Positions 9,637 to 19,520 of a DNA stretch of 32,000 nt are shown here, piece after piece. This DNA comes from Paramicrosporidium saccamoebae KSL3 (lineage: Eukaryota > Fungi > Cryptomycota): positions 18,440 to 50,439 of the forward strand of contig MTSL01000065.1 of the NCBI GenBank assembly GCA_002794465.1, given 5' to 3'. The notes under the pieces are model-generated. The model was not told where the DNA came from. It ran no database searches and was given only the letters and a program-made list of their open reading frames with translations. Within the stretch, counting starts at the first letter, position 1. The number at the start of each line of letters is the position of its first letter. The position numbers and the translations under genes were made by a program.

Positions 9637-10212
9637 TTAATTTGGATTCCGATGAGTGTTAAACCGTTTTATATAGAGAGTGCTTGTTCCTTGGATGATG
9701 CTGTCAAATTCATCCACAAGCGCCCTCACAATATCGGGTCTCCCACCAATATAACTCTTTCCATTCGCCTGCTCAATGACCCATCGCATGGCCATGGCCT
9801 CGGCATTTCTCGGATACAAGGCCAACGGCACAAATCGTCTCGTAATCTTCGACTTGTAGTACTTGATCACTGGTTTGATTGCATCAACAGCAATTTGGAT
9901 TGGATTGTCGACACCGTAACGCAGCCGGAGTTGAGCGTTAACAGAGGAGACGAGAGGCTCCCCACGTTGGCCTGCCTTGGTGAGGAGGGCAGAGAGGTGT
10001 CGGAGGAGGGCATGTGGGGTGGTAGGCCGATGATTCGCAGCGGGAGTCATGGAGAGCTGAGGGAGCGGGGGCCGCACTCCAAGCTTCGAAGCAAGTGAAG
10101 AGCCTGGTCCTACGCCAGGCGGGAATTTTGTGCTTATTGAATACGTCCGCCGTAGCAGAGCACTCGGACCGATCGAATGAATGCAATGGAGTAGGTTCGC
10201 CGACAATCCCAT
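9637..10212 (-). CDS. RSM7: Divergent mitochondrial ribosomal protein uS7m (likely start MGLSANLL at 10212; 191 aa)
   Basis: IAVDAIKPVI...VPLALYPRNAEAMAMRWVIEQA...LVDEFDSIIQGTS...KRFNTH follows the uS7 pattern; N-terminus is Arg/Ser/Leu-rich and free of acidic residues, like a presequence. Confidence 0.62.
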   Translation of the reverse strand: MGLSANLLHCIHSIGPSALLRRTYSISTKFPPGVGPGSSLASKLGVRPPLPQLSMTPAANHRPTTPHALLRHLSALLTKAGQRGEPLVSSVNAQLRLRYGVDNPIQIAVDAIKPVIKYYKSKITRRFVPLALYPRNAEAMAMRWVIEQANGKSYIGGRPDIVRALVDEFDSIIQGTSTLYIKRFNTHRNPN

Positions 10213-10236
10213 TGATTCGAAGCCCTGGTTTGCGGC

Positions 10237-11387
10237 ATGTCCAGTCCCACGGGACAGTCGCCTGCGTCTGCCCAGGCTCCCCCAAGCTTCACAGAACAGT
10301 GGATGACGCCTTTGGATGCTTTTGCAGACCCCACTGAACGATGGACTGCGTCGGCCGAGGCGTCCCCGAGCCCCAGGGAACAGTGGCCTCCCTTTGCAGA
10401 GACTCTGTCGAGTTCCAAAGCTAAAAAGAGACTCATTGATGTGCAGGAAGAGATTCTCCTGGCCATCGGGGTCGACATGAAAGGCATTATTGACACATTT
10501 ATAGAGGTACATATTATTGGATCTTTGTCATTTTGCAGGGCACAGATTTGTCGTTTGAGACTTTTTGTCAAATTTGGCAACAAGTGGATTTTTCGCTCGT
10601 GTACAGTTTTGGTTTCGCATCTTTGCCCACTGTGAAGCTTATCGAAAGTGTCTATACCTTTTTGTTTGGACTCTTGGATTCAGAGGACAATGTGCATTTG
10701 CAGTACGCTGTCATCTTCGCCCTCTACTACATGTACTTTTCACAGCCATGTGAGGAGACTCAAATTCCCATGCCGATTCTCGTTCCAGAGGCCTCGTTGC
10801 ACAAATTATGTAATATTTACTACCACCATGACTGGACAGGAAACCACGATGTAGCCTATGCCCTGCAGAGGCTATTCACATCCGGAGCCTTTCAGCTTAT
10901 CCTTCGTCCCGAGCTACCCAAGCAAAATTTTACCGGTGACTTGGACATTTTTGACACCAATACCTTGCCCGACGTGATACCCAGCAGGGTGCTTTGCAGT
11001 CAGATTAACAAAGTTGATGCTGCTCTGCAAAAAGATCCCTGGAAAAGTAGCGACTACACAGGAATCGCTCGCATTGCCGATGAATACGACAGATTAGTGG
11101 CGAAGCTTGCTATCCCGGATATCATGTCTGGTCCGGCTAAACGCAACTTTCCCAGAGAACTGGAGCGACTGCGTGCCGACTATTCGGAACGGAACATGGC
11201 ATTTGGTAGAAAAATGTCACAGAGACCCGCGTTGGTTGGGGGGAGATCAGCCCTCACACGGCGGTCGTCTATGCCGGTGCCTCAGAGACCCTCAACTGCG
11301 CCGCCTGAATACTATAGTGCCGACATGCCTGATCTCTCCTTTTTCGACATTCCCCAAGGCCTCCTATCCCGTCAAAGTCAATCATGA
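10237..11387 (+). CDS. SNAPC1: snRNA-activating protein complex subunit 1 (SNAP43) (372 aa); exons 10237-10506 and 10539-11387
   Basis: DMKGIIDTFIEGTDLSFETFCQIWQQVDFSLVY...AVIFALYYMYFSQP...HDVAYALQRLFTSGAF parallels SNAPC1 (D..ALLSRF.E...RFEDF..LW..M.F...LYLLYGLYNTQ...HFDAAYIFRKL...AF). 32-nt intron 10507-10538. Start codon uncertain. Confidence 0.75.
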
Positions 11388-11526
11388 ACAATATTGTGAA
11401 GTTTGTAATAAAGTTGTGAGGACCGTAACAGTTGCGATATATATAGAAGATGAATCATCTGGGTATTCGAGAACAAGGAGATTCTGTATCCTTACGATTG
11501 CAAGATTGGCAGCGAACAAGACTTCT

Positions 11527-11599
11527 TTTCGCCTCTTTCGCTCCTTTCGCTTCTTTCGCTCCTTTCGCTTCTTTCGCTCCTTTCGCCCCTTTTCGCCTC
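11527..11599. repeat. 9-bp tandem repeat (TTTCGCYYC) x8 between convergent SNAPC1 and TIM23
   Basis: Units read directly at 11527, 11536, 11545, 11554, 11563, 11572, 11581 and 11591. Confidence 0.9.
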
Positions 11600-11654
11600 A
11601 TTATGCAACCAATCCTCTACATCACGCAGTTGTGATTGGTAATGGATTTATTGT

Positions 11655-12242
11655 CTACATGTGTAAAATACTGCGCTCCTCATAATAACGTTTGGCTAGT
11701 TGGTATCCCAACATGCCCGTCCCAAAAAGCAGTCCTGCTACTCCCGCCTGCTTTACGCCCTTTGTCGACTTGTATATCACACCGGCCGTTACCGCAGAAC
11801 CTACTTCGGACGCCAAATCGTACCTCCCCTCCCGTGCCTTTACCACTCCTCCGTGCACCAAATTATAGAGCAGCGCCAGGATGCCCAGGTTGTTGGCCAC
11901 AAAGGGACCACGGGCAGTCATGCTGTTAAGGATGCAGTTGAGACGTAGTCGGGTGGTACGGCCGGCCGGGTTTCGGAGGCCGTCGAGCAGACCCCAGGAA
12001 CCACCCACCGCCAGACCGCTGAGGTAGGTCATTCCAGCGCCATAGCAAATGCGTGCACCCCAGGATGGGCCAGTGGGAGCATACTCGTCCTCAAACAGAA
12101 ATTCAAGTCGTTTGTCGGGCGGCGGCGTTTGTGCCTTCTTGAGCGCCCCCAGAATCAAACCGAACCCACCAGGGCTAGAAGTGCCTTCATCGTTGTCAGG
12201 TTGGAATATGGAGCCCGTATCAATCTTGGTCATTGCAGCCAT
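11655..12242 (-). CDS. TIM23: Mitochondrial inner-membrane translocase Tim23
   Basis: LEFLFEDE...SWGARICYGAGMTYLSGLAVGGSWGLLDGL...RLRLNCILNSMTARGPFVANNLGILALLYN. First ATG at 12242. Confidence 0.92.
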   Translation of the reverse strand: MAAMTKIDTGSIFQPDNDEGTSSPGGFGLILGALKKAQTPPPDKRLEFLFEDEYAPTGPSWGARICYGAGMTYLSGLAVGGSWGLLDGLRNPAGRTTRLRLNCILNSMTARGPFVANNLGILALLYNLVHGGVVKAREGRYDLASEVGSAVTAGVIYKSTKGVKQAGVAGLLFGTGMLGYQLAKRYYEERSILHM

Positions 12243-12330
12243 GCCACGAACAAGAGTCACCGGCCGTTGTGGAAGGTCCGCCAGCCGGGGATACTATTGG
12301 TCGAAACGAAAACAATAAAATGATTTCATC

Positions 12331-14865
12331 ATGACAAAACCCAGTGACATGGAAAAGCGTGACTTTGGCCGGCTTCTGCAAGAGTCGCGTCAATTGAATG
12401 CACGTATCCGGGCTGGAGGCCACGACAATGTTTTCCTACCCCAACTTCAGCGCGGACTGGAGCAAATTGAGGAGCTGTCTAGTCAGTTGGCGGCCAAAGT
12501 AGCGTCGGCTGGAGGAGCAGGTCAAGTAGAGTCCAAGGCAGCATTGTTCCTTGCTGCCAAAGGCTACGACGTCACTTCTATTGGAGCGCAGCTGAGAAAG
12601 GTTGCTGACATTGTTCCAGGACCCGTGTCTCAAGCAGCAGTGGCTTTTGATGCGGATGTGGACTTGTTCCTTCAAAGCGAGCTTGACAATGCAGTTTTGG
12701 GGACCTTGAACCGAATTGAACAGCTCGTTATCAAAGAGGCCGACAAGATTATCAAAGAACGCCGGGACGAGGCCTGGGAAAAGGGAAAGAGTGGCATAAT
12801 CGAAGAGAGACGCCATCTTGGAACAGGAAAGGACTTTGTCACTGGCAAAATGCCCAGTGGGCCAAAAGTTGCAACCTATGCCAAAGTTATCAAGGCTCTT
12901 AACGAGACACGGTTGCGTGGAAGCATGCTTGATCTCCCCCGTGAATTCGAGGCTGCCCTCCGAGAGCTGGAGGGATCCGATCCCCGAGGCCAGACCCTTA
13001 TTGATTGTTGGCGGGCTATGCAGTTTATTCTAAATGGCGAAGAGTCGGAAAATGTATTTGAAACCAAAAACTTTGGGACATCTTATCGCGCTGATCCGAA
13101 ATCGGCCGAGAGCAAAACTTGGAGAGCTCAGCTGGTGGGAGGATCAAAGAAATATCTGGAAGACATGTACATGCGCTTTGTTGATCGCACCTTGGCGCAA
13201 TATCCACGAGATGCAATGTTGGGCGGACGACCGTCGGCCTTGGAGCGGGTGCGGGCGTTTGTGGATATCAAGTTGAAACGAATGCCGCCCTCTGAGCTGA
13301 CGAATATCGAAATACTCAATGGAAGTGCGCTTTGGATGGTGCTGTTTGTTCTGGTTCGGTGTGGACTGTTAAAGGACGCTTTGTCATTGACCCAGTCCAT
13401 GGAACATTTGATTCAGCGAAACGATCCACAGTTTATGGGATTCTTCAAGACATTTGTCACCTCTCCCGGGAACCAAATAGCATCCAACCTGCTTAGTCAG
13501 CTCCGTCTGGAATACAGTCAGAAAATGACAGTGGGTGGTCAAGATCCCTTCAAGATGGCAATTCTTAAAATTATTGGTCATTGCGACCTGAGTCGCAAGA
13601 CTATTCCCGATGTGATTGCCACCAGCGAAGATTACCTTTGGCTCCAATTCTGGCTTATACAAGATTCCTTGATGGAAGAGACTGAGGGCGGAGCAGCCTA
13701 TACCTTGGCGGATCTCCAGCGGACAATTACCGATTTTGGACCCAACCATTTTGACCCGAAACAGAGCAACCCATGGCAATATTTCAATATTCTGCTCCTC
13801 GTGGGACTGTTTGAGAGTGCTCTAGAATATCTCTATCAGCAAGACCAGCAGATTGACACGGTGCATTTTGCCGTGGTCCTCCTACAGGCGGGCACTCTGC
13901 GAACGGGAAAGGCTGTCGATCCATTGTTCGTCAAACAGGGAATCCAAGGGACATTTGTTAATTTTGGAACCTTGGTTTCTTCCTATGCTGCATCCCTTGG
14001 CACCGGGGATATTGTCGACGCAGTCAATTATCTACTTCTCTTGTCGTTGGATAAGAAGGGAGAATATGATGCTTTTTGCCACAAGGCCGTACGTGACTTG
14101 ATCCTGAAATCGGGCGATTACGGCGCTTTACTCGGCGACGTACGTCATGATGGAAGTGTCCTGCCGGGATCGCTCTCGCAGTATGCCCGTCTGATGAATC
14201 TGCCCGACACCAAAACATTTATGGATGTGATTACAGCGGCGGCGGCAGAAAAGTGTGACCGGGAAGGACGGTTCCGCGAGGCGCTGCAGCTGTATAATTT
14301 AGCCAACAAGTACGATCGGGTCATTGAGGTTTTGTGTGCGCGACTGTGTCGGTCCTTTGTGGGGCCATACACTGCTCTGGAAGCGGACGAATTGCGACGC
14401 ACAGCAGAGTCGATTCTGTCCTATTACACAGCACATGGACACATCAGTACCGCTCTATCCCCGGCTGCACGCAATACTTGTGCCACACTGATCCAACTCA
14501 TTTCGGTTCGAAAGGCCTACGAAGGAGAACATTGGGCCGAATGCTTGGACTCTCTGCTAAAGCTGCCGCTGATCCCATTGGAGGGTGATGTGGCGATAGT
14601 GAGCAGTGCCGCTGATCGAGTACGCGATATGCCCGACAATCTGACCATTCTCCTTCCTGAGCTGCTAATGATTGCAATGAATGTCATTGTGCGTCGCAAC
14701 TCGGAGCTGCGTGGCTACATTGGCATTGATGCTGGTCGCGCTCAACAATCCGAACTGCTGCGGAGGATGGCACGAAATCTAATGACCTTTGTGGGAATGC
14801 TACGGTTACGCGTCCCCCAGGAAGTATATGCACAGCTGACCCGCATGGAAATTGCTCTCGACTAG
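12331..14865 (+). CDS. NIC96: Nucleoporin Nic96/Nup93 (844 aa)
   Basis: FGRLLQESRQL...LPQLQRGLEQIE...KAALFLAAKGYD N-terminus; LWMVLFVLVRCG, DPFKMAILKIIGHCD, SEDYLWLQF and LLLVGLFESALEYL motifs. Confidence 0.93.
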   Translation: MTKPSDMEKRDFGRLLQESRQLNARIRAGGHDNVFLPQLQRGLEQIEELSSQLAAKVASAGGAGQVESKAALFLAAKGYDVTSIGAQLRKVADIVPGPVSQAAVAFDADVDLFLQSELDNAVLGTLNRIEQLVIKEADKIIKERRDEAWEKGKSGIIEERRHLGTGKDFVTGKMPSGPKVATYAKVIKALNETRLRGSMLDLPREFEAALRELEGSDPRGQTLIDCWRAMQFILNGEESENVFETKNFGTSYRADPKSAESKTWRAQLVGGSKKYLEDMYMRFVDRTLAQYPRDAMLGGRPSALERVRAFVDIKLKRMPPSELTNIEILNGSALWMVLFVLVRCGLLKDALSLTQSMEHLIQRNDPQFMGFFKTFVTSPGNQIASNLLSQLRLEYSQKMTVGGQDPFKMAILKIIGHCDLSRKTIPDVIATSEDYLWLQFWLIQDSLMEETEGGAAYTLADLQRTITDFGPNHFDPKQSNPWQYFNILLLVGLFESALEYLYQQDQQIDTVHFAVVLLQAGTLRTGKAVDPLFVKQGIQGTFVNFGTLVSSYAASLGTGDIVDAVNYLLLLSLDKKGEYDAFCHKAVRDLILKSGDYGALLGDVRHDGSVLPGSLSQYARLMNLPDTKTFMDVITAAAAEKCDREGRFREALQLYNLANKYDRVIEVLCARLCRSFVGPYTALEADELRRTAESILSYYTAHGHISTALSPAARNTCATLIQLISVRKAYEGEHWAECLDSLLKLPLIPLEGDVAIVSSAADRVRDMPDNLTILLPELLMIAMNVIVRRNSELRGYIGIDAGRAQQSELLRRMARNLMTFVGMLRLRVPQEVYAQLTRMEIALD

Positions 14866-15109
14866 TGAGAAAGAGTATCTCTACCGATCGCAAACTACCA
14901 ATAAATAGTATTTACTGCAAACCTCACAGTATAAATCAGCTTTACTAGCAGCCTTAGAGACTTGAATTATACGTTTCATAAATTTTTCTCTTAAGGGCGC
15001 ACGTCAGCGTTACCTGGACTGACAGCGTTGACACTCAATTCCCGCCTATCGTCAACTATTAACCAGCGCCCACGTCTGACACAATGGCCCGGCCAAAGTA
15101 GAGCCAACA

Positions 15110-15546
15110 TGTCAGATGTGAGTGTTGGAAAGTCTAACTCGTGTCTTCATTCGTGAACGATCGCTAAATATCGACTCTTGAATCTCCCCTGCGAAATCTT
15201 GGTGTAGACTCCCGGCATTTTACTGTTTAGCTCTTTGAGAGAGCGGATTTTCTCCCTCATAAGCAGGAGTTTGATTATATCGTTTTCTGATGTTACTCGC
15301 CGCACAAAAATTATCTCACGCTGGGATTTTATCACGCCAATATCCCCATCGTGATTAAGCAGGGTTTTTTCCCCGGAATTCGCGGAAGTACCAGTGCAGC
15401 ACCGAGATCTGTACTTATGTCTTCGATGACGGCATTTATAGTCTGAGGTAAATTTAGAACAACCCGGGATTCTCAGTCCATGACCCATGCCTGAGGCCCA
15501 TGAGTTCCAGCTTCCCTGTGGCGTTTTTCGGTTGGAGAGCGTCCAT
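15110..15546 (-). pseudogene. Family B copy 0 (decayed)
   Basis: PQAWV, QTINAVIEDISTDLGAALVLPRIPGKKP and DIGVIKSQREII...NDIIKLLLMREKI...KMP align with the intact B copy but lie in different frames, with an in-frame TGA at 15473-15475. The RNxxxH position reads LDFPTL. Confidence 0.7.
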
Positions 15547-15701
15547 CCCTTGTACGAGTCTATCGCTGATACTTATACTCGTACCAATTTACCTAATTTG
15601 GAGCTTATCGTTCCAAAAGCATCGCAATCATGTCAAGTATTGACATTAGCTCTGCGGTCTTAGTTACTACACATTATAAGGAAATTACTGATGGCAATGC
15701 T

Positions 15702-16665
15702 TTATTGTGTGATTGGTGATGAATCTTTGTACGCCAACTCAAATTGACTCAACGAGAGTCGGAACAGGATGCGAAAGACTGTGGCAACCTCTAGTACCCT
15801 GATGGGAATCAAATCACTGACCGGATTCAATTGAGGCATCCTATCAACAAAGTCTGCCATCCTCTGGACATCTTCCCCGCGGACCTCAAGGATTTCTAGG
15901 ACACGTGTCCACTCGTCCTGGCGGTCCGCGTAACCATCTTGAAACTCGCGGATCCTCGCTCCAATGTGTAACAATAGTCCCCACCTGACCAGTCGGTCCT
16001 TGACTGTCAAGTAGCCGAATCTGAACAGTTTGATCCGTTGGAGGACTGCACTGATTTCGTGCGATGTCTGTGAGATGTGTATTCTCCAGCGTTCACCCGG
16101 AATGCGCAGTTTCGGTTTATAGGCCCACCATAGCACATTCGTGTTACTGAAAAACTCGCGTAGATCTGTGCAATTTTCGTATTGCTCCTCTGCAAGTGCA
16201 CGCCATGAAATGCGCGCTTCATCGGGACAAACTTTAATTCCAGTCACACGAGCCACCTCTTCTGCAAAGATGCTGGGGATTTCTTTCTTGCAGAACTGGC
16301 GATCTGGGAGCTTGCCACACCGGAAGGCTGCCGCCACTCCATACCCAGGCACGAAGTACATTATTTTAAACATGCCGTCCTCGACTCTACATCATAAGAG
16401 CGCTCTAATCCCAGTACCTCAACTCGGGCTCAAAAACATGGTCTTTAAAGAGCTCCACAAGCTTTTGCATGCGTGCTGTAAGAAGGATCTCGTTATCCTC
16501 TACACTAGCCCCAAGCAGCATGTTTTCAAGAAGCCGGAGAACCTTTTCTCTTTCTTGAAGGTCATCAAACCCAAAAGCCTCACATGTTTCGGTGTCAAAC
16601 TCCTTGCACACCCTCTGTTTCGCTGCGGTCTTCTTACCAGCTACGTTTTCAGTGTCTTTCTCCAT
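15702..16665 (-). CDS. Family A copy 1, unknown function (310 aa); exons 16665-16418 and 16386-15702
   Basis: A 31-nt GT-AG intron (16387-16417) joins two listed ORFs as ...PELR|VEDGMF, colinear with intronless copy 3. Confidence 0.85.
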
Positions 16666-16779
16666 TGTGTATTACCTACTTCCTCGGTGTTGGTCTGGAT
16701 GGAATTTTTGGGGACTTTCATCGGATCCTGATACACGTTTCATCTTTTTTAAGTAGGATTACTGGAACAGTCCCTCATC

Positions 16780-16999
16780 GTGACCAATCAATTTTCTTTC
16801 TGAAAAGTCTAAATGGGAGCTCGTATGGATCAATAGTAATTTGTCAGCCTAATGCTGGGATCGGATACAAACTCCATCATAGCTTCTCAAACGCTCTGTT
16901 CATTGAACAGCGGACGTCCTTTATCTTTTTTATCAACGATTGAATCCAGACTCGGGGATCTGACCTTTTGCGAGACTGTGCTTTTCTACCACCATCTAT
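16780..16999 (-). pseudogene. Family B copy 1 (truncated relic)
   Basis: ATA in place of the ATG; PRVWIQ, then a 1-nt deficit, then KGRPLFNEQSV*EAM..DPSI, with TGA at 16887-16889 where the intact copy has Trp; the rest is not recognisable. Confidence 0.75.
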
Positions 17000-17419
17000 C
17001 CTGCGATACTACCTCCTGTTATCTTGTGTCGCGTAGTGAGTAAATTACTACGGACTTTGCTACTGTTCTTTATTCGGGGGCAAAGAAGCTCTTATTGTTA
17101 ACCTGCAAGCTCTTTTATGGTTTCCCAAATAACGTATTAATCCTACAATATCCAGTTAATCTATTCATTCCATTACACACACATGTCTTCTCCAAACTAG
17201 GGAACTATTCCCAAATACCCAACTAGTCAATCCTCTACATCACACTTGTGCTATGTTGCCTCACTTATAATCGGTTCAAATTAAAGGACAGTACCGTAAT
17301 AAGAATGTGGTCAGGTGTGTTGTGATATTGTTCTTTGGATTATTCAAAGTGACATGCGTTGGTACTCTATTCGACAATTGCATGAGTGTTTTATTCATTA
17401 ATGGTGGGTTATTAAGGGG

Positions 17420-18374
17420 CTAGGAGGGGCACCTTGGAGCATCATATGCTAATTCGAAATCCCGTAGTGACAGCCGAAAGAGGACCCGGAACACAGTGAC
17501 AACCTCCAGCACTTTGATGGGAATGAGGTCGTCAATGGGATCTAAGCAGTCCATCCTGTTGGTAAACTCTAACATGGTCTTAATGTCCTCATCGCGGACA
17601 TCTAGGACAAGGAGAACGCGTTCCCATTCCTCAGGGCGGCCAGAGTACTCACGCTGAAATTCTAGAGCTTGTGACGCCGTGAGTATCACAATACCCCACC
17701 TTGTCAGTCTCTCCTCGACAGTGAGATAGCCCTCATTAAACCCTTTTATGCGCAGAAAAGCAGCGCTGATCTCGTAAGATGGTTGAGAGGAATGGCTCCT
17801 CCAACGTCCTCCCGGTCTACAAGTCTTGGGTACATAGCTCCAACCCATCAAACCACCGTCCAGGAAATAGTCGCTCAGGGCGGCATAGTCATCATGTTGC
17901 TTTTTTGAGCGTACGTTCCATGAGATATCAGTTTCATCAAGGGAGACCCTGATGCCGGTTATGCGGGCGACGTCTTTTGTAAGTCTATCCGGAATCTCTT
18001 CTTTGTTAAGCAATCCGTCCGGAAGCTTCCCACAGCGGAAGCCTGCAAATCCCTTGTTTGGCACAGAGTATAGAACAACCATTATTCCACTCTCCATTCT
18101 ATATCATAAGATCAGCTCAAATCGGATACCTTAGCTCCGACTCAAAGGTACGATCCTTGAACAGCTCCACAAGCTTGTCCATGCCTTCTAACGAGCTTTC
18201 AACAGTCTTACCGCTTGCACTGGGCATTACACTCTTTAATTTTTCCACGGCCGCATCTTCTTCTTCAAAGCTGTGGAATTCAAACGCAAGATTGGTCTCT
18301 CTCTCAAGCTCCTCCTCAACCTTTTCTCGAGCCGAATCGATGGAAACTATTGCAGTGTCAAAGTTTTTCGCCAT
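17420..18374 (-). CDS. Family A copy 2 (307 aa); exons 18374-18130 and 18098-17420
   Basis: 31-nt intron 18099-18129 at the same codon position; FRCGKLP, PGGRWR, GYLTVEERLTRWG and DLIPIKVLEVVTVFRVLFRLSL conserved. Confidence 0.85.
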
Positions 18375-18679
18375 GGCGCGCTATCCGCGATGGGTTGGGC
18401 TTAATTTCTGATACCAACTTTCTCAACCTTTGTGTCGAGTTTCATGTTTACCCAATTAGTCTATCAATACACTGGTTATATCCAATAAGCTCGTGGTCCA
18501 AAATTTGCAATGTAGAACTGCGAGGACCAATGGTAGAGGTGATAAAATACGGCTTGGCTTCCAGTACTTGTGTTGACAACGCAATATCGGCACATCTGCG
18601 CAATTTAGATGGCGCTTTACTTTTGTGCTTGTGGCTGTTTGCAGAGATCAAGTCATTACATTCCAAGACCAATGCTCAA

Positions 18680-19316
18680 GGCTTATACAAGAGTCCTGGG
18701 TTAAAGAGTTGGAGGCACCTGGGATTCTCATGCCGTATCAAGTGAACGGATGACAATCTTGAAATCTCGCTAAAGAGCACCTGTGATAGCTTGTCATAAA
18801 AGCTCTGGCGGCCTATTGTTTGATGATAGAATGCCACATTGAACTTGCTCCAACACGTAAAATTATAGACAAATTTTTTATCAGCTGTGTGCTATTTGAA
18901 ACTACCACTCTGTAGGATCCTATTGTCCAGGCCTTCAAACAGTTTTGATTGGGATTACCTACTCAACGTTCGGGCCTGGAATGCTGACCTCACTTAAGGA
19001 AGATCGTCATGCCACGCTCGAACATTGGGTGATGTATGATGTATTGGCAATAAGGCTTCTGTAGTTGTCGTAACAATTACTCCATACTGTTCCCCGATTA
19101 CACTTATGTCAGCGGAGAATTCAATGTCAGTGGTGCTCTTTCCCGAGATGACTGGACATGCAAGTCCAATGCTGGGATCGGCTGCAAGCTCTTCCACAGC
19201 TTTCTTGATTGTTTGCTTACCATATAGCGGACGCCCTTTCTTTTTCCAGAAACCGGCTGAACCCAGACTCGGGGGCTTGTTTTCATGCGGAGCTGAGCCT
19301 CTCTATCACCACCCAT
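18680..19316 (-). pseudogene. Family B copy 2 (frameshifted)
   Basis: MGGDREAQLRMKTSPRVWVQ, then a 1-nt deficit near 19240-19250, then KGRPLYGKQTIKKAVEELAADPSIGLAC...DISVIGEQYGVIVT; stop at 18994; a degenerate EISR-containing C-terminal remnant lies near 18680-18840. Confidence 0.7.
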
Positions 19317-19520
19317 CCCCGCGGTATTGTTTGCTGCTATTTTTATACTTGCATCATGTTGCCTAATTGGGAATCTGACTACGTCAAAGGGCAGCACCGC
19401 ATTAAGAATTTGGACAGGTGCATTGTAGCGCTGCTTTTCGCATTATGCAAAGTGTCAAGCCCCACTACTTTATTAGGCAATTTCACTCGTTGATGGTGAG
19501 ATAGCATGTGGCTAGGAGTG

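Noticed and set aside
10213-10512. 100-aa N-terminal extension of the 9637..10512 ORF
   Set aside because: It overlaps SNAPC1 exon 1 antisense and has no uS7 similarity; the Met at 10212 starts a presequence-like segment.
1-11387. Functional cluster of snRNP genes (SF3B2-like, GEMIN2, SNAPC1)
   Set aside because: They are interspersed with unrelated genes in a very gene-dense genome; proximity is plausibly chance.
15001-15120. U1 snRNA-like TTACCTGG (15010-15017) and an 11-bp inverted repeat (15071-15081 / 15110-15120)
   Set aside because: No ATACTTACCTG 5' end, no recognisable U1 stem-loops or Sm site; the hairpin alone does not support an RNA gene.
15473-16889. TGA read as Trp (alternative genetic code) in B copies
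   Set aside because: TGA terminates normal genes here (e.g. SNAPC1, B3), conserved genes use TGG for Trp, and the same B copies carry other lesions.
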